Position numbers and translations under genes: made by a program. A DNA stretch of 64,000 nucleotides from Enoplolaimus lenunculus (taxonomy: Eukaryota): NCBI GenBank assembly GCA_030248215.1, contig JASANG010000753.1:62001-126000 (forward strand). Reading direction: 5' to 3'. The notes beneath the pieces are model-generated. The model searched no databases. It was not told the origin of the DNA and saw only the letters and a program-made list of their open reading frames with translations. Of the stretch, positions 52,801 through 64,000 are shown in pieces (positions within the stretch are counted from its first letter, which is position 1; each line of letters opens with the position of its first letter).

Positions 52801-55488
52801 TGTCGTCTAAATAAGTGGAATCGGTCAAAATCGCAACGCGTACCAGGTACTCATTTTGCACCATGCGGAACCCAAAGAGTTGCATACAGGCCTAGGTTTA
52901 GGATTTTAGGCTTACGTTTAGGTTTAGTCTTAAAAATTTACGCTTATACTTTAGCAGATACGTCAATAATACTGTTAACGTCGTCCGAACTAAAATGAAC
53001 AATAGAAACGCATAGCCGTAAAACTAAATGAGCTAAGCTGGTCAAGGTGTTGACAACAATTTTTTCAGCTTTTTTGAGAATCCTTTGAAATTACTCTTTT
53101 AAGTTTAAACCATTAAATATAAAAAATAGTACTACATTTTACAAAAACGCAGACAAATCCAATACCAAAAATGCCAATTTGCCCAAAGATTTTACCGGAG
53201 CCAGAGGTCGATTTTTTGCCGGAACCGGATGCAGATCTCTGGTTGTTGTTTTATTTTGCTGTTAATTAATGTTTCTTTAATATTGGCTTAACCCTTTACT
53301 CATAGAGTATACTATGAGCAACTAAAAATACAATAATGTACGAGCAATACACACACACTGTGAGCAGTGTTTAACATTTATAACATATATGCACAGTGCG
53401 AAATCTCCACAAGACGTGAGAGCCCCCTCGAGCTCGAGCGTCAAGCTCCTATAGCTCAGTGGTCATCGTAAACGCCTCCCACCCGCGAGACTGGGGTTCG
53501 AATCTTACGTTGAAAATACATCTCATATGAAATTGAAAATATTCATGTGAGTAAGGGTTAATTGTAATATTAATTATGATTCATCCAAGTTTCCATTGGA
53601 AGTTCGAGTTGCATTTCAACGATATAATTCGTGATTCGCTAACCTAAAACAGTTGCCAGTATTTGTTCAGCCACCAAGAGAACGTTGATAACTGTATGAT
53701 TCCAATACATCACGTAATAGAACCAAACTGCCCTGTAACAATAGTCACTTTCTTTAGAAAATCTTACTTTGCCTTAACCTTCTAAGCCTTTTGCCTACGC
53801 CTTTGCGTGTAACTTTGTCTGTGCCTTTTAACCGCTGCCTAAGCATTGGCGTCAGCCTTTGTGTTTTCTTAAGCCGTTGGGGTAGGCTTTTACTTAAGGT
53901 GTTGCCTTCGTCTTTACTTAAGCTGTCGGCCAGACCGTTGTCTAAACCTTTGTCTGAGCCTTTGTCAAAGTCTTTGCCTAAGCTTTTAACCATAGCGTTT
54001 CCCTAAGCGTAAACATGACGCTAAATGTGCTATAAAACGTGCATAAAAATTAAAACGGTTCCAGTTTGCGTAAACGTTGAGTTTGAATAAGGTGTAACTA
54101 ATTGTTCTCGTCTATTGACAGGTATTTCAGTAAAATCAAAACAATTTGTCAACAAATTTGCAATAATTCTTACTGATAAATAACAGCGACAACGCAGAGT
54201 ACAACTGCAATTGCATGCAATACACCCAATATAGCCTGTAACCATGGTTTGCCTTTTAGCGCTTGAGTGCATGCACTTAGCAAACTGCAAGTAACCATTG
54301 CGATAAATGCACAAAACGAACTGCACCAAACTCCAGAACCTAAAAACAATTTGGAGAGCTAATGTATACATAGAACAGGGCTGTAACAGTAGTATTTGGA
54401 ACCAGATTCCTAATCCGAAGCCTAAGTCTAAACGTAACAATGAGCTTTAAAATCGAAGCCTAAGCCTAAGCTTAAGCATAAGCAAAAAAGCAGTCAAAAG
54501 CCTAAGCTTTTTACTCTATTGAAGTCCCGCAGAACAACGTTCCAGCCAAAGGGGTTAAAAAATAAAATTTTGATGTTATTGTGATGAACAAATTTCATTC
54601 CAAAAATTGGGGTTTACATTTGAACGATTCACTTTTAGGCTTGTAATCGGGCTATTACCGTACCAGTGTCTAAAGTACGGCAGCAGCGTTGATTTAAACC
54701 TAGGCGATAGCCTAAGGCTTAAGCGAAATAAGCTTGTGCCTAAACCTAAGTAAGCCTGAGATTAAAGCCTGATTCTTTGCCAAAGCCGGTCCATGTAACG
54801 ATAAGGGGCGGAACGTTTATCTGTGGGACTACAAAAGAGTAAGCTGAAGCTTTAGACTAATTTTTGTGCTTGGCTTAGGCTTAGGTTTAGGAATATGCTT
54901 ATAATACTGTTCCGCCCCTGATCTTTACATTGGTCCCAATGCCTTAGCTTTTGAAAATATCACTAAGACTGTATTCGTACGCCTACACCATAGCCTAAGC
55001 CTAACCCTAAACTATTAATCATAGGCCTTATTTTTGAAGCTGGAGTTGAAGGTCTTCGCCTTTGATTGGAATCCGTTATTTGGCCCATGTATAGAATAGG
55101 GCCGAAGCTATTAAGCTTTTGACTAATTTTTTTGCTTAGGAGGCTTAGGCTTAGGCTTAGGCTCAGGTATATGCTCATTGTTATGCTTAGGCTTAGGCTT
55201 AGGCATAGGTTTAGGCGTAGGCTTAGGAATATGCTTATACTACTGCTCCGGCCGTGTTCTATACATTGATAAACGATCGCAATTGATGTAATTTACTCCG
55301 AGGTAACTTTTACCATCGTAACAACAGGATAACGCCAACTGTGACACGAAATGCAACAATAAAACTGCAACTGCAAACAAAATCATTGATAACACAATTT
55401 GTAGTGCAGTCAACCAACAAAGCGCGTTTCGATATGAACGAACGGTGCTGGTTGCGTCGTCAGCTGATTTTTCGCTATTTTTGTTCAT
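43868..55488 (-). CDS. Four-transmembrane MS4A/CD20-like protein with long Tyr-rich cytoplasmic C-tail, 7 exons, about 299 aa
   Basis: Exons (minus): 55314-55488, 54174-54339, 53644-53732, 52110-52336, 46634-46717, 45270-45389, 43868-43906; GT-AG and phase-consistent (900 nt). TM1 [22 protein letters not shown]2 [18 protein letters not shown]3 [24 protein letters not shown]4 [24 protein letters not shown]. The last three exons are less certain. Confidence 0.72.
43926..44181. mobile_element. (GCCTAA)n MITE, Merlin-like (family has GG termini, 8-bp TSD)
   Basis: Perfect TSD AACTTAAT (43918-43925, 44182-44189); family TIR GGCCCATGTAAAGATCAGGGGCGGAAC, left end slightly decayed here. Confidence 0.75.
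45705..46368. mobile_element. Cluster of three palindromic CACTG-ended MITEs (45705-45798, 45899-46109, 46204-46368)
   Basis: CACTGCAAAAA...TTTGCAGTG termini; 2-bp flanking duplications TA, TG and CA respectively (CACTA/CMC-like). Confidence 0.75.
46832..46951 (-). repeat. 3' LTR (120 bp)
   Basis: Identical to 51632-51751; preceded on the minus strand by polypurine tract AACGGAAGGGGTAG (46952-46965). Confidence 0.95.
46977..50358 (-). pseudogene. pol: pol: protease, RT, RNase H, integrase, GPY/F and C-terminal PWWP domain; in-frame TGA at 50197-50199 and frameshift near 49200 as assembled
   Basis: [13 protein letters not shown] (PR); [24 protein letters not shown] (RT); TTDAS..DRELLA..TDHKPL (RH); H-H-CxxC and D..TDRG..E (IN); [35 protein letters not shown] (PWWP). 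Confidence 0.9.
50316..50358 (-). promoter_or_regulatory. Putative -1 programmed ribosomal frameshift signal (gag-pol)
   Basis: G_GGA_AAC heptamer in gag frame (50358-50352), 7-nt spacer, stem CTCCGCT/AGCGGAG; the -1 frame runs into the protease. Confidence 0.7.
50331..51609 (-). pseudogene. gag: gag (frameshifted at about 51062 and disrupted at about 50760-50880), with an N-terminal leader containing a 2A-like motif
   Basis: [19 protein letters not shown] resembles the KLPxFW..WF.Q.E gag motif; C-terminal [18 protein letters not shown] knuckle as in Mag-group Gypsy elements. Confidence 0.75.
51608..51625 (-). promoter_or_regulatory. Primer binding site, tRNA-Trp
   Basis: Minus strand TGGTGACCCCGACGTGAT, the 18-nt tRNA-Trp PBS familiar from avian sarcoma/leukosis viruses, 6 nt downstream of the 5' LTR. 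Confidence 0.9.
51632..51751 (-). repeat. 5' LTR (120 bp)
   Basis: Identical to 46832-46951. Confidence 0.95.
52364..52572. mobile_element. Palindromic CACTG-ended MITE; other copies about 27025-27255, 33540-33650 (partial), 56980-57199
   Basis: CACTGTAAAAAAATGGTGAGTCAAATT...TGACTCACCATTTTTTGCAGTG, TA flanks. Confidence 0.75.
53292..53557 (+). mobile_element. piggyBac-like tRNA-bearing MITE, monomeric subfamily B (related copy about 9915-10160)
   Basis: TTAA-CCCTTTACTCA...TGTGAGTAAGGG-TTAA; internal GCTCCTATAGCTCAGTGG...GGGGTTCGAATC. Confidence 0.75.
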
Positions 55489-56279
55489 TTTGATTTTAAA
55501 ATTTTAATACCTGGGTTTAAACGGTTCAAATTTATTTCAAATTGGAGACCCTAAGGCGAGCACGCTAATGGTCAATCAAGCTATTTTCGGCCGTCGAAAT
55601 CACAGTGCAAAGTGGGACATATTTTAGGGTGGCGTTATATTTTTTGTGTCCGTATGGGGACGTCTTTGAATTGTCACATGACACCGTATCTTAACAATTT
55701 GTCAACAAAAGTTGTTTACTTGCGGCGACACGCGACGAAATTGGATGCTTTATATGAAATAGAAAATATTCATGTGACAGAGAAGGCGTTAAGAATATGA
55801 TATATTTCTGAAAACGTATTTCAATTGTTTGTCTTATAAATAAGTAAAGTTTGATCAAAATGTTTGTTTCGTCACTAACAAAATTGAACTCACCAACCAT
55901 AAGAGCCCAAGTAAAGATCAGGGGCGGAACGTTTTTTCTGTTGGACTGGAATAAGCTTTAAGTTTTAGCCTAATTTTTCGCTTAGGCTGAAGCTTTCGTA
56001 TAAGCTCATTCCTACGCTTCGGCTTTAGGCTTTGGCTTAGACTTAGGAATATGCTCATTACGCGTCGGCTTACGCTTCCGGTTAGGCTTAGGAATATGGT
56101 TATACTACTGTTTTACGGTCCTGTCCCATACATTAGCCAAATACATGTATTTGACAGGGCATCAAAAGTTCCTGTGGACGCAAAAGGACATTTTAATAGC
56201 GAACGGTTTCGCTGTTTTAAAAATTGCTCAAATTAAAATTTCAAACTGTAAATTGAAACAACAAAATGTAATAGTTTTC

Positions 56280-56482
56280 GGTCCAAGTAAAGATCAGGCG
56301 CGGAACGTTTTTCTGTGGGACTGCAATGGAGTAAGCTCAAGGTTTAGACTAATTTTTTGCTTGGCTTAGGCTTACGTTTAGGCTTAGACTTAGGAATATG
56401 CTCATTTTTACGCTTAGGTTTAGGCTCTTAGGCTTAGGAATGTGCTTATAATACTGTTCCGCCCGTGTTCTTTACATTGGCC
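56280..56482. mobile_element. (TTAGGC)n MITE, Merlin-like; many further copies across the window (e.g. 38141-38331, 43517-43781, 54788-54935, 55082-55270, 55905-56139, 58863-59076)
   Basis: Perfect 8-bp TSD TAGTTTTC; the copy at 54788-54935 has CCAAAGCC/CCAATGCC. Confidence 0.75.
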
Positions 56483-59400
56483 TAGTTTTCAACGAAAAAA
56501 AGATGTTTCAACGTTTGAAAACAAGCTATGATTTAATCGATTTCCGTGCCGCGGTGTTCAAACTACAGAGAAAGCGCGTTGCGAGACTAAAAAACGTATT
56601 AGCGTTTGGGGTTGGTATAAATAGAAGTGTAAAATTACGTTGAATGCGAATGATTGATAATTTTCGGCAATTTCAAAACCTATCGTATAGTCATCGAATA
56701 TGTCCACTGCGACTCGCTGGCTACTAATGGGCGAAACGTTTTTCGGTGGTATCACTCAAAATAATATTTCTGATATTTAAGAAAACATTTCTTACATTTG
56801 AGAAATATGCTTAGCAAGGTGCACTTGAAAAGTTTTTCTGTTATAACAGAAATGTTTCAAAAAATGTTCTGAAATAATTGTCTTAAATATCAGCAAAACT
56901 TTTCAGATTTGCCACAGAAAACACTTTTCTGAATAAATTCAGAAATACTTTTTGTGTGTACTGCGATAGAGTAAGCTTACACTGTAAAAAATGTTGAGTC
57001 AAATTTGACTCTTTCCGAAATAGGCTTTTCCTGACTACAGAAACTGTGTGAAATTCGACTCCGCTAGGGCCAAATTCGTGTCAATGAATCGTTTAAGGAG
57101 TCCAATTTGACTCTAGCAGAATCGAATGTGACTCAGTTCGTGTACTCCGGAAAAGTCTATTTCGGAAAGTGTCAATTTGACTTACCATTTTTTACAGTGT
57201 ATAAACCATTAGACTAATTTTTTCGCATATGCTTAGGCTTTGGTCTATATAGCTCATTCTTACGCTTAGGCAGAATTGACGGATACCACGAATATGAAAA
57301 ATTATTCGATGCCTGCCAACAATTGATTTTGGACGCCCACAAATCTTTTCAGAGGCAAAAAACGCACTTAAAGGATCAAGAATAACTTTCTCGATTAGAA
57401 AAGTCAGAAAATTCGACTCGCTTGCCGTCAGCTGGCTCACAGAAACCTAATAGATGATGCGTTATCCACATGAAAAGAAATTTTGCCTAAACCTTCACCC
57501 TGGCAGAAGGGAAACATCAAACCGCGTGGATTTCTTCGGACCGTTTGTTATTTATTTCGATATGTGTTTGAGAAATTGGCCAATGTATGCAACAGGGCTG
57601 TAACAAGTAGTATAGACATATTCCTAAACATTAGCGTTGCAATGAGCTTTTATACCTAAGCCTAATCCTACGCGTAAACTTAGACCTAAAGCCTAAGCGT
57701 TAGCCTAATCCAACGCCTAAGCCTAAACAAAAAATATCTAAAGCTTAAGCTTACTCTATGGCAGTCCCGCAGAAAAACGTTCGGCCACTGGCTTTTAGGC
57801 CGCAGTCCAAAACGTGACCCTCGTATATAGAATACACGTTTTGCTTATATGTGCTCAACGGTAAACCTCAGCTTAACTCGTGGTATTAAGAGGTCAAACC
57901 ATGGGTTAAACTCAAGGTTATGTCGTTTTTAATGGGACTTCGGACCTTTATGTTGTGAAAGTTGCATAAGTATTTTTACCTTAAGCCTTCACTGTAAGTT
58001 TCAAGTTAATTAATCAACTCAGACGAAAGTTTAGTTATTTTTGAGTTAACAATAGGAAACTAGCTCATTCTGAGTTTCGTTGATTCTTACTCTGAGTTGA
58101 GTTGATTCCTGCGAAGTTGATTAAATGAGAATGAGTTGAATCAACTCAGTATTGTGAGTTCTGATTGTCCTAACTCAGACTGAGTGACTGAACTCATTCT
58201 GAGTAAAAATCAACTCATTGGAAATTAATACAGAGTTGATTGTGAATGCAGACAAACTGCAAGAGCCTGCAATTTTTACAATTACGTAAATAATGAGTAA
58301 TTATTTGCACAAAATGTTATTTTAAGCAATTTCCTACGCAATAGCATTTAATTGTACGATTATACTGTAGTAATTAAGCGCAGTTAATATACCCTTTGTG
58401 CTCTGTCTTACGATTATAGATAATAGACTTTAAGCTAAAATATTGACAGTCAACTATCGTTGTTATCGTTTTTTTTCTAATTCTCAGTGCTAATCGTCTT
58501 AAAGCAAACCTGGTAATTTCTAACAAAACCCTGTTTTTACTAAACTTCTTCCACATTAAATGTTCAAACTTAGGCTTAGGCTAATGCTTATCCTGGAGAA
58601 ATGGGTTCGAGGCAAACATTTTAGTGTATTAAACTTAGGCTTAAGCCTTTACTCAAACCTAAACCTACGTGCAAGCCGAGCCTAAAAGCCTAAGCGTGTG
58701 GAATGAAACGTACAACAGCCAGGAGCGCCCTAATGACAGTTAACCAAGAAGACCCTACTGTCAGCAATTAATTTACAAAAATTGCGAAAATGTTTATACT
58801 TCGCTCGAAGAATCGAAAGTCATAATTTTAACCAATGATGTATTGAGTGTGTTATCCTTTTTGGTCAATGTAAAGTACTGGAGCGAACAGTGTTATAAGC
58901 ATATTCCTAAGCCTAAGCCTAAGCCTAAGCCTAAGCCTAAACGTAATAATAAGCATATTTCTAAGCATAAGCCTAAACCTAAGCATAAGCCAAGCAAAAA
59001 AACTTGGTGTAAAGTTTAAGCTTACTCGTTTCTAGTCTCACAGAAAAACGTTTCGCCCCTGATCTTTACATGGGCCCACTTTTTCCAAACACCCGTCGTT
59101 TGATTGGCTATTAATACTTTTCAAGTTGAACTTCTTGACTGGGTTAATCTTAAAACAAACTTTGCTTCTTCGTAAAACCTAAAATATCAGTTTTGTTTTA
59201 AAATCTTTGCCTTTAATACTTTAATCGTATTAAATTTTGCTAATATTTTTAGCTTTGTAACCCTAATCAGCTTAGCAATATTAATATTTGCACATCGACA
59301 CCTGCCAGATTTTTATACATTTTTGGGTTTGCATAAAAAAGAGTTATAATTTCGGTTTGCCTAAGTAATGTGAAAATTTTTTGCCCGTCAATATTTTTGG

Positions 59401-59902
59401 GCTCTGGCTCAATTAATGATTTGAAACAAATTCATCTTACAACAATCAACCTACCAATAAACTAATTTAAGCTTAAACTAAACCAGCAGCATTAATAAGC
59501 TAATTTTCCACACTTAAGTCACTAAACAGTAATGGCTTTTATGGTTAAACTCATTTAAAATCTTAACATTTTTTGTTTAAGCCAAACATAATGAATTCTT
59601 AGATACGCATAATCTTTGGGCTACAGTTGTTACTTAACCCAAAAATAAGGTTTACTTAAACTTGTATTAAACTTAAAAATAGTCTAAGTTGAGAGCTTAC
59701 AATTCTCGTTTCGTTCGTCCATGTATATATACGCATTTCAGTTTTACTTAAACTAATATTCAAGTTTAGCTAAGCTATAATTTAAGTTGAAGTTTTTAGC
59801 GAGAAGTTATCCTATGTCAGGATATTGAAAAATTTGTCCAGAATTGACTTAGTGTCATTTTCAAACTTTAAAATTTAAAATAATTTCAGACTAAAACAAA
59901 CA

Positions 59903-62640
59903 ATGTTTCGTCTAATTTCACTTAATATCGCGTTTACATGCTGTATCGTTGGCAGTTTTGCGCTGTTTACCAGCGGTCCAGACTGGAGCGGACTACGAGG
60001 TAAAGGAACACTAAAATTGTTTAAAACTTACCCTTGTGTCTTATGGAACACGCCCACGCATTTTTTTGATCCCGTACCCAACTATTGAAAGAATTGTGTC
60101 TTATGGAACACGCCCACGCATTTTTTTGATCCCGTACCCAACTATTGAAAGAATTGTGTCTTATGGAACACGCCCACGCATTTTTTTGATCCCATACCCA
60201 ACTATTGAAAGAATTGTGTCTTATGGAACACGCCCACGCATTTTTTTGATCCCATACCCAACTATTGAATGAATTGTGTCTTATGGAACACGCCCACGCA
60301 TTTTTTTGATCCCATACCCAACTATTGAAAGAATTGTGTCTTATGGAACACGCCCACGCATTTGTTTGATCCCGTACCCAACTATTGAAAGAATTGTGTC
60401 TTATGGAACACGCCCACGCATTTTTTTGATCCCATACCCAACTATTGAAAGAATTGTGTCTTATGGAACACGCCCACGCATTTTTTTGATCCCGTACCCA
60501 ACTATTGAAAGAATTGTGTCTTATGGAACACGCCCACGCATTTTTTTGATCCCGTACCCAACTATTGAAAGAATTGTGTCTTATGGAACACGCCCACGCA
60601 TTTTTTTGATCCCGTACCCAACTATTGAAAGAATTGTGTCTTATGGAACACGCCCACGCATTTTTTTGATCCCGTACCCAACTATTGAAAGAATTGTGTC
60701 TTATGGAACACGCCCACGCATTTTTTTGATCCCATACCCAACTACTGAACGAATTGTGTCTTATGGAACACGCCCACGCATTTTTTGATCCCGTACCCAA
60801 CTATTGAAAGAATTGTGTCTTATGGAACACGCCCACGCATTTTTTTGATCCCGTACCCAACTATTGAAAGAATTGTGTCTTATGGAACACGCCCACGCAT
60901 TTTTTTGATCCCGTACCCAACTATTGAAAGAATTGTGTCTTATGGAACACGCCCACGCATTTTTTTGATCCCGTACCCAACTATTGAAAGAATTGTGTCT
61001 TATGGAACACGCCCACGCATTTTTTTGATCCCGTACCCAACTATTGAAAGAATTGTGTCTTATGGAACACGCCCACGCATTGTTTTGGTCCCATGCCCAA
61101 CTACTGAAAGAATTGTGTCTTATGGAACACGCCCACGCATTTTTTTTTATCCCATACCCAACTACTGAACGAATTGTGTCTTATGGAACACGCCCACGCA
61201 TTTTTTTGATCCCGTACCCAACTATTGAAAGAATTGTGTCTTATGGAACACGCCCACGCATTGTTTTGGTCCCATGCCCAACTACTGAAAGAATTGTGTC
61301 TTATGGAACACGCCCACGCATTTTTTTGGTCCCATGCCCAACTACTGAACGAATTGTGTCTTATGGAACACGCCCACGCATTGTTTTGGTCCCATGCCCA
61401 ACTACTGAACGAATTGTGTCTTATGGAACACGCCCACGCATTGTTTTGGTCCCATGCCCAACTACTGAAAGAATTGTGTCTTATGAAACACGCCCACGCA
61501 TTATTTTGGTCCCATGCCCAACTACTGAACGAATTGTGTCTTATGGAACACGCCCACGCATTGTTTTGGTCCCATGCCCAACTACTGAAAGAATTGTGTC
61601 TTATGGAACACGCCCACGCATTGTTTTGGTCCCATGCCCAACTACTGAAAGAATTGTGTCTTATGGAACACGCCCACGCATTATTTTGGTCCCATGCCCA
61701 ACTACTGAACGAATTGTGTCTTATGGAACACGCCCACGCATTGTTTTGGTCCCATGCCCAACTACTGAAAGAATTGTGTCTTATGAAACACGCCCACGCA
61801 TTATTTTGGTCCCATGCCCAACTACTGAACGAACTGTGTCTTATGGAACACGCCCACGCATTGTTTTGGTCCCATGCCCAACTACTGAAAGAATTGTGTC
61901 TTATGGAACACGCCCACGCATTATTTTGGTCCCATGCCCAACTACTGAAAGAATTGTGTCTTATGGAACACGCCCACGCATTTTTTTGGTCCCATGCCCA
62001 ACTACTGAAAGAATTGTGTCTTATGGAACACGCCCACGCATGTTCTTTGTCCCGTTCCCAACTATTGAAAGAATTGTGTCTTATGAAACACGCCCACGCA
62101 TTATTTTGGTCCCATGCCCAACTACTGAACGAACTGTGTCTTATGGAACACGCCCACGCATTTTTTTGGTCCCATGCCCAACTAATGAAAGAATAGTGAC
62201 ATATGGTAAACGCCCACGCATGAATTTGGTCCCATGCCCAACTACTGAAAGAATTGTGTCTTATGGAACACGCCCACGCATTTTTTTGGTCCCATGCCCA
62301 ACTACTGAAAGAATTGTGTCTTATGGAACACGCCCACGCATGTTCTTGGTCCCGTACCCAACTATTGAAAGAATTGTGTCTTATGGAACACGCCCACGCA
62401 TTGTTTTGGTTCCATGCCCAACTACTGAAAGAGTTGTGTCTTATGGAACACGCCCACGCATTTTTTTGGTCCCATGCCCAACTACTGAAAGAATTATTAA
62501 AAAGCTCAGATTGTTTTTTTTATTTTCAGTAACATTTGGAGTACCTCATATCCACGGTGCTTTTGATACGCTGCCACGAACGGTGGATGATGCTGTTTCT
62601 GCTGGATTTAAAATGCTCGATAGTCAATGTACCAGCTCAA
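59903..62640 (+). CDS. 5' part (first two coding exons) of a secreted protein of unknown function; continues beyond the window
   Basis: Exon 59903-59999 MFRLISLNIAFTCCIVGSFA-LFTSGPDWSGLR (signal-peptide-like) with GTAAAG donor. Exon 62530-62640 after TTTTCAG splices in phase: VTFGVPHIHGAFDTLPRTVDDAVSAGFKMLDSQCTSS, GTAAGG donor. Confidence 0.75.
60034..62495. repeat. 60-bp tandem minisatellite, about 41 copies, filling intron 1 of the secreted-protein gene
   Basis: Unit TTGTGTCTTATGGAACACGCCCACGCATTTTTTTGATCCCGTACCCAACTATTGAAAGAA and variants. Confidence 0.97.
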
Positions 62641-64000
62641 GTAAGGTCTTTTGATTTTTGGGACCATATACAGGAACGGATCGCTTTCGTGTGGGACTAT
62701 TCATACAAAATAAATTGTCTTGAAATTTTAAGACTCCAATTTATTTAAATTCTCAAGACAATAATGTCTTATATTTGAGACATTAATAGCCTTTAACAGC
62801 TCAGAAATTTGTGTCTGAAATGGTTAAAACATAAATGTCTGACGTTGGACGAATCTTAGGTTCTAAAATTAGTTAATTTGGTTGAGCTTAGCTCCCAATT
62901 TAAAATGTGGCTTCTCTGGCAAATCTTGTTTCTAAGAGATATATGTCTTAAAAATCAACAAATCAAGTCTTTTATTTCAGACATATAGTTCAGACATAAT
63001 TGTCTTGTATTTCACAAATATTTGTCTTAATCGTTTATGCAACACCTTCTTAAATTTAAGACATTTAAGTGTTAAAATTTCAGACACAGATTTCTGAAAA
63101 ATTTTAGAAACTGATGACTTGCATTCAAGAAATATACGTCAGGAGTCTACATTAAGACATAATGTTTTGAATTTAAGAAAATAATTCTTTAATATAAGAA
63201 AATGTTTTTGTGTTTGCAGTACGTTTAAGCTTTTTAAACTAATTTTATTGCATAGGCTTAGGATTAGGTATAAACTCATTTTTACGCTATGCTTAGGCTT
63301 AGGTATAAGATCAATCTTACGCCTAGGCTTAAGCTTAAACTTAGGCTTAGGAATATGCTTATAGCTACTTGTATGGCCCTGACCTATTGCAATGGCCGAT
63401 TTTAGAAACGAAAGGTTCGTTTAAGATGGTACTAAATTTTCAAGTGGTAATTCTTAAGCAAACAACCTAAAATCACGAATTAACAGAACAGGGGTGGACC
63501 AGAACAGCGTTTCATTTCTTAAATTTCCAAACTTGTCACCGTTTGCATTTTAGTAATTTCTGCGGGGAACATATTGCCATAGTTTTATAAGTATACGCTT
63601 TTAACGCTTCTAAACACATTTGAAAATAGTGTGAACTTGGTTTTTGAGTTCGTCAATTTTTCAAATCTACTTAAGTAAATGAGTTAGGTTTTAGGCTAAT
63701 AGTCGCAGTTTAGCTCACTGTAATGACCTGAATATGAGGGGGGACTGATATTTATTTGGCCTCTCCAGAGGGTACCCTCCCTTGTTATTTGGTTACGGAC
63801 TGTTATTTATTTTTAATTTACGCTCCGCCACCCTTCGTTACTGATATATATCCGGTACTGCAATCATCTGTTGAATTAAACGTTTATTTGTCTTGTGCCA
63901 ATAGCTTGAGCGATAATACAAGGTTATATTTAGGAATGTACTTTCAAAACTTAAGTACGCTTTTAAGTTTCGAACTCAAATTATTTGGTCCTGGAGTCAT

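Noticed and set aside
52591..52998. 135-aa ORF or extra exon in the MS4A-like intron
   Set aside because: The candidate minus-strand acceptor leads to stops in all three frames, the + ORF runs into a TTAGGC MITE, and the flanking exons already join in phase.
60021..62532. Long repetitive ORFs (up to 536 aa)
   Set aside because: Artefacts of the 60-bp repeat; only the flanking exons are coding.

Overview
AT-rich eukaryotic (invertebrate-animal-like) genomic DNA with GT-AG introns and dense MITEs; no prokaryotic features or CRISPR. Splicing exons by hand gives five host genes: the last two exons of an RGG/Gly-rich gene (+, to 1238); two tandem, divergent annexin paralogues (-, 14949-20873 and 25066-37734) that have lost most canonical Ca2+ sites; a 4-TM MS4A/CD20-like gene with a Tyr-motif-rich tail (-, 43868-55488); and the first two exons of a secreted-protein gene (+, from 59903). 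The standout is a 4920-bp Ty3/Gypsy LTR retrotransposon (46832-51751) in intron 4 of the MS4A-like gene. It has identical 120-bp LTRs, a TCCGA TSD and a tRNA-Trp PBS. Its integrase carries a C-terminal PWWP domain (LEDGF-like H3K36me-reader fold) where chromoviruses have a chromodomain, and its gag frame contains a 2A/StopGo-like motif. Also present are three intronic tandem arrays (54, 115 and 60 bp units; two traceable to dispersed repeats), piggyBac-type MITE dimers carrying a tRNA-derived Pol III promoter, and hAT-, CACTA-, Merlin- and Harbinger-like MITEs. All calls are from manual reading; no database searches were run.
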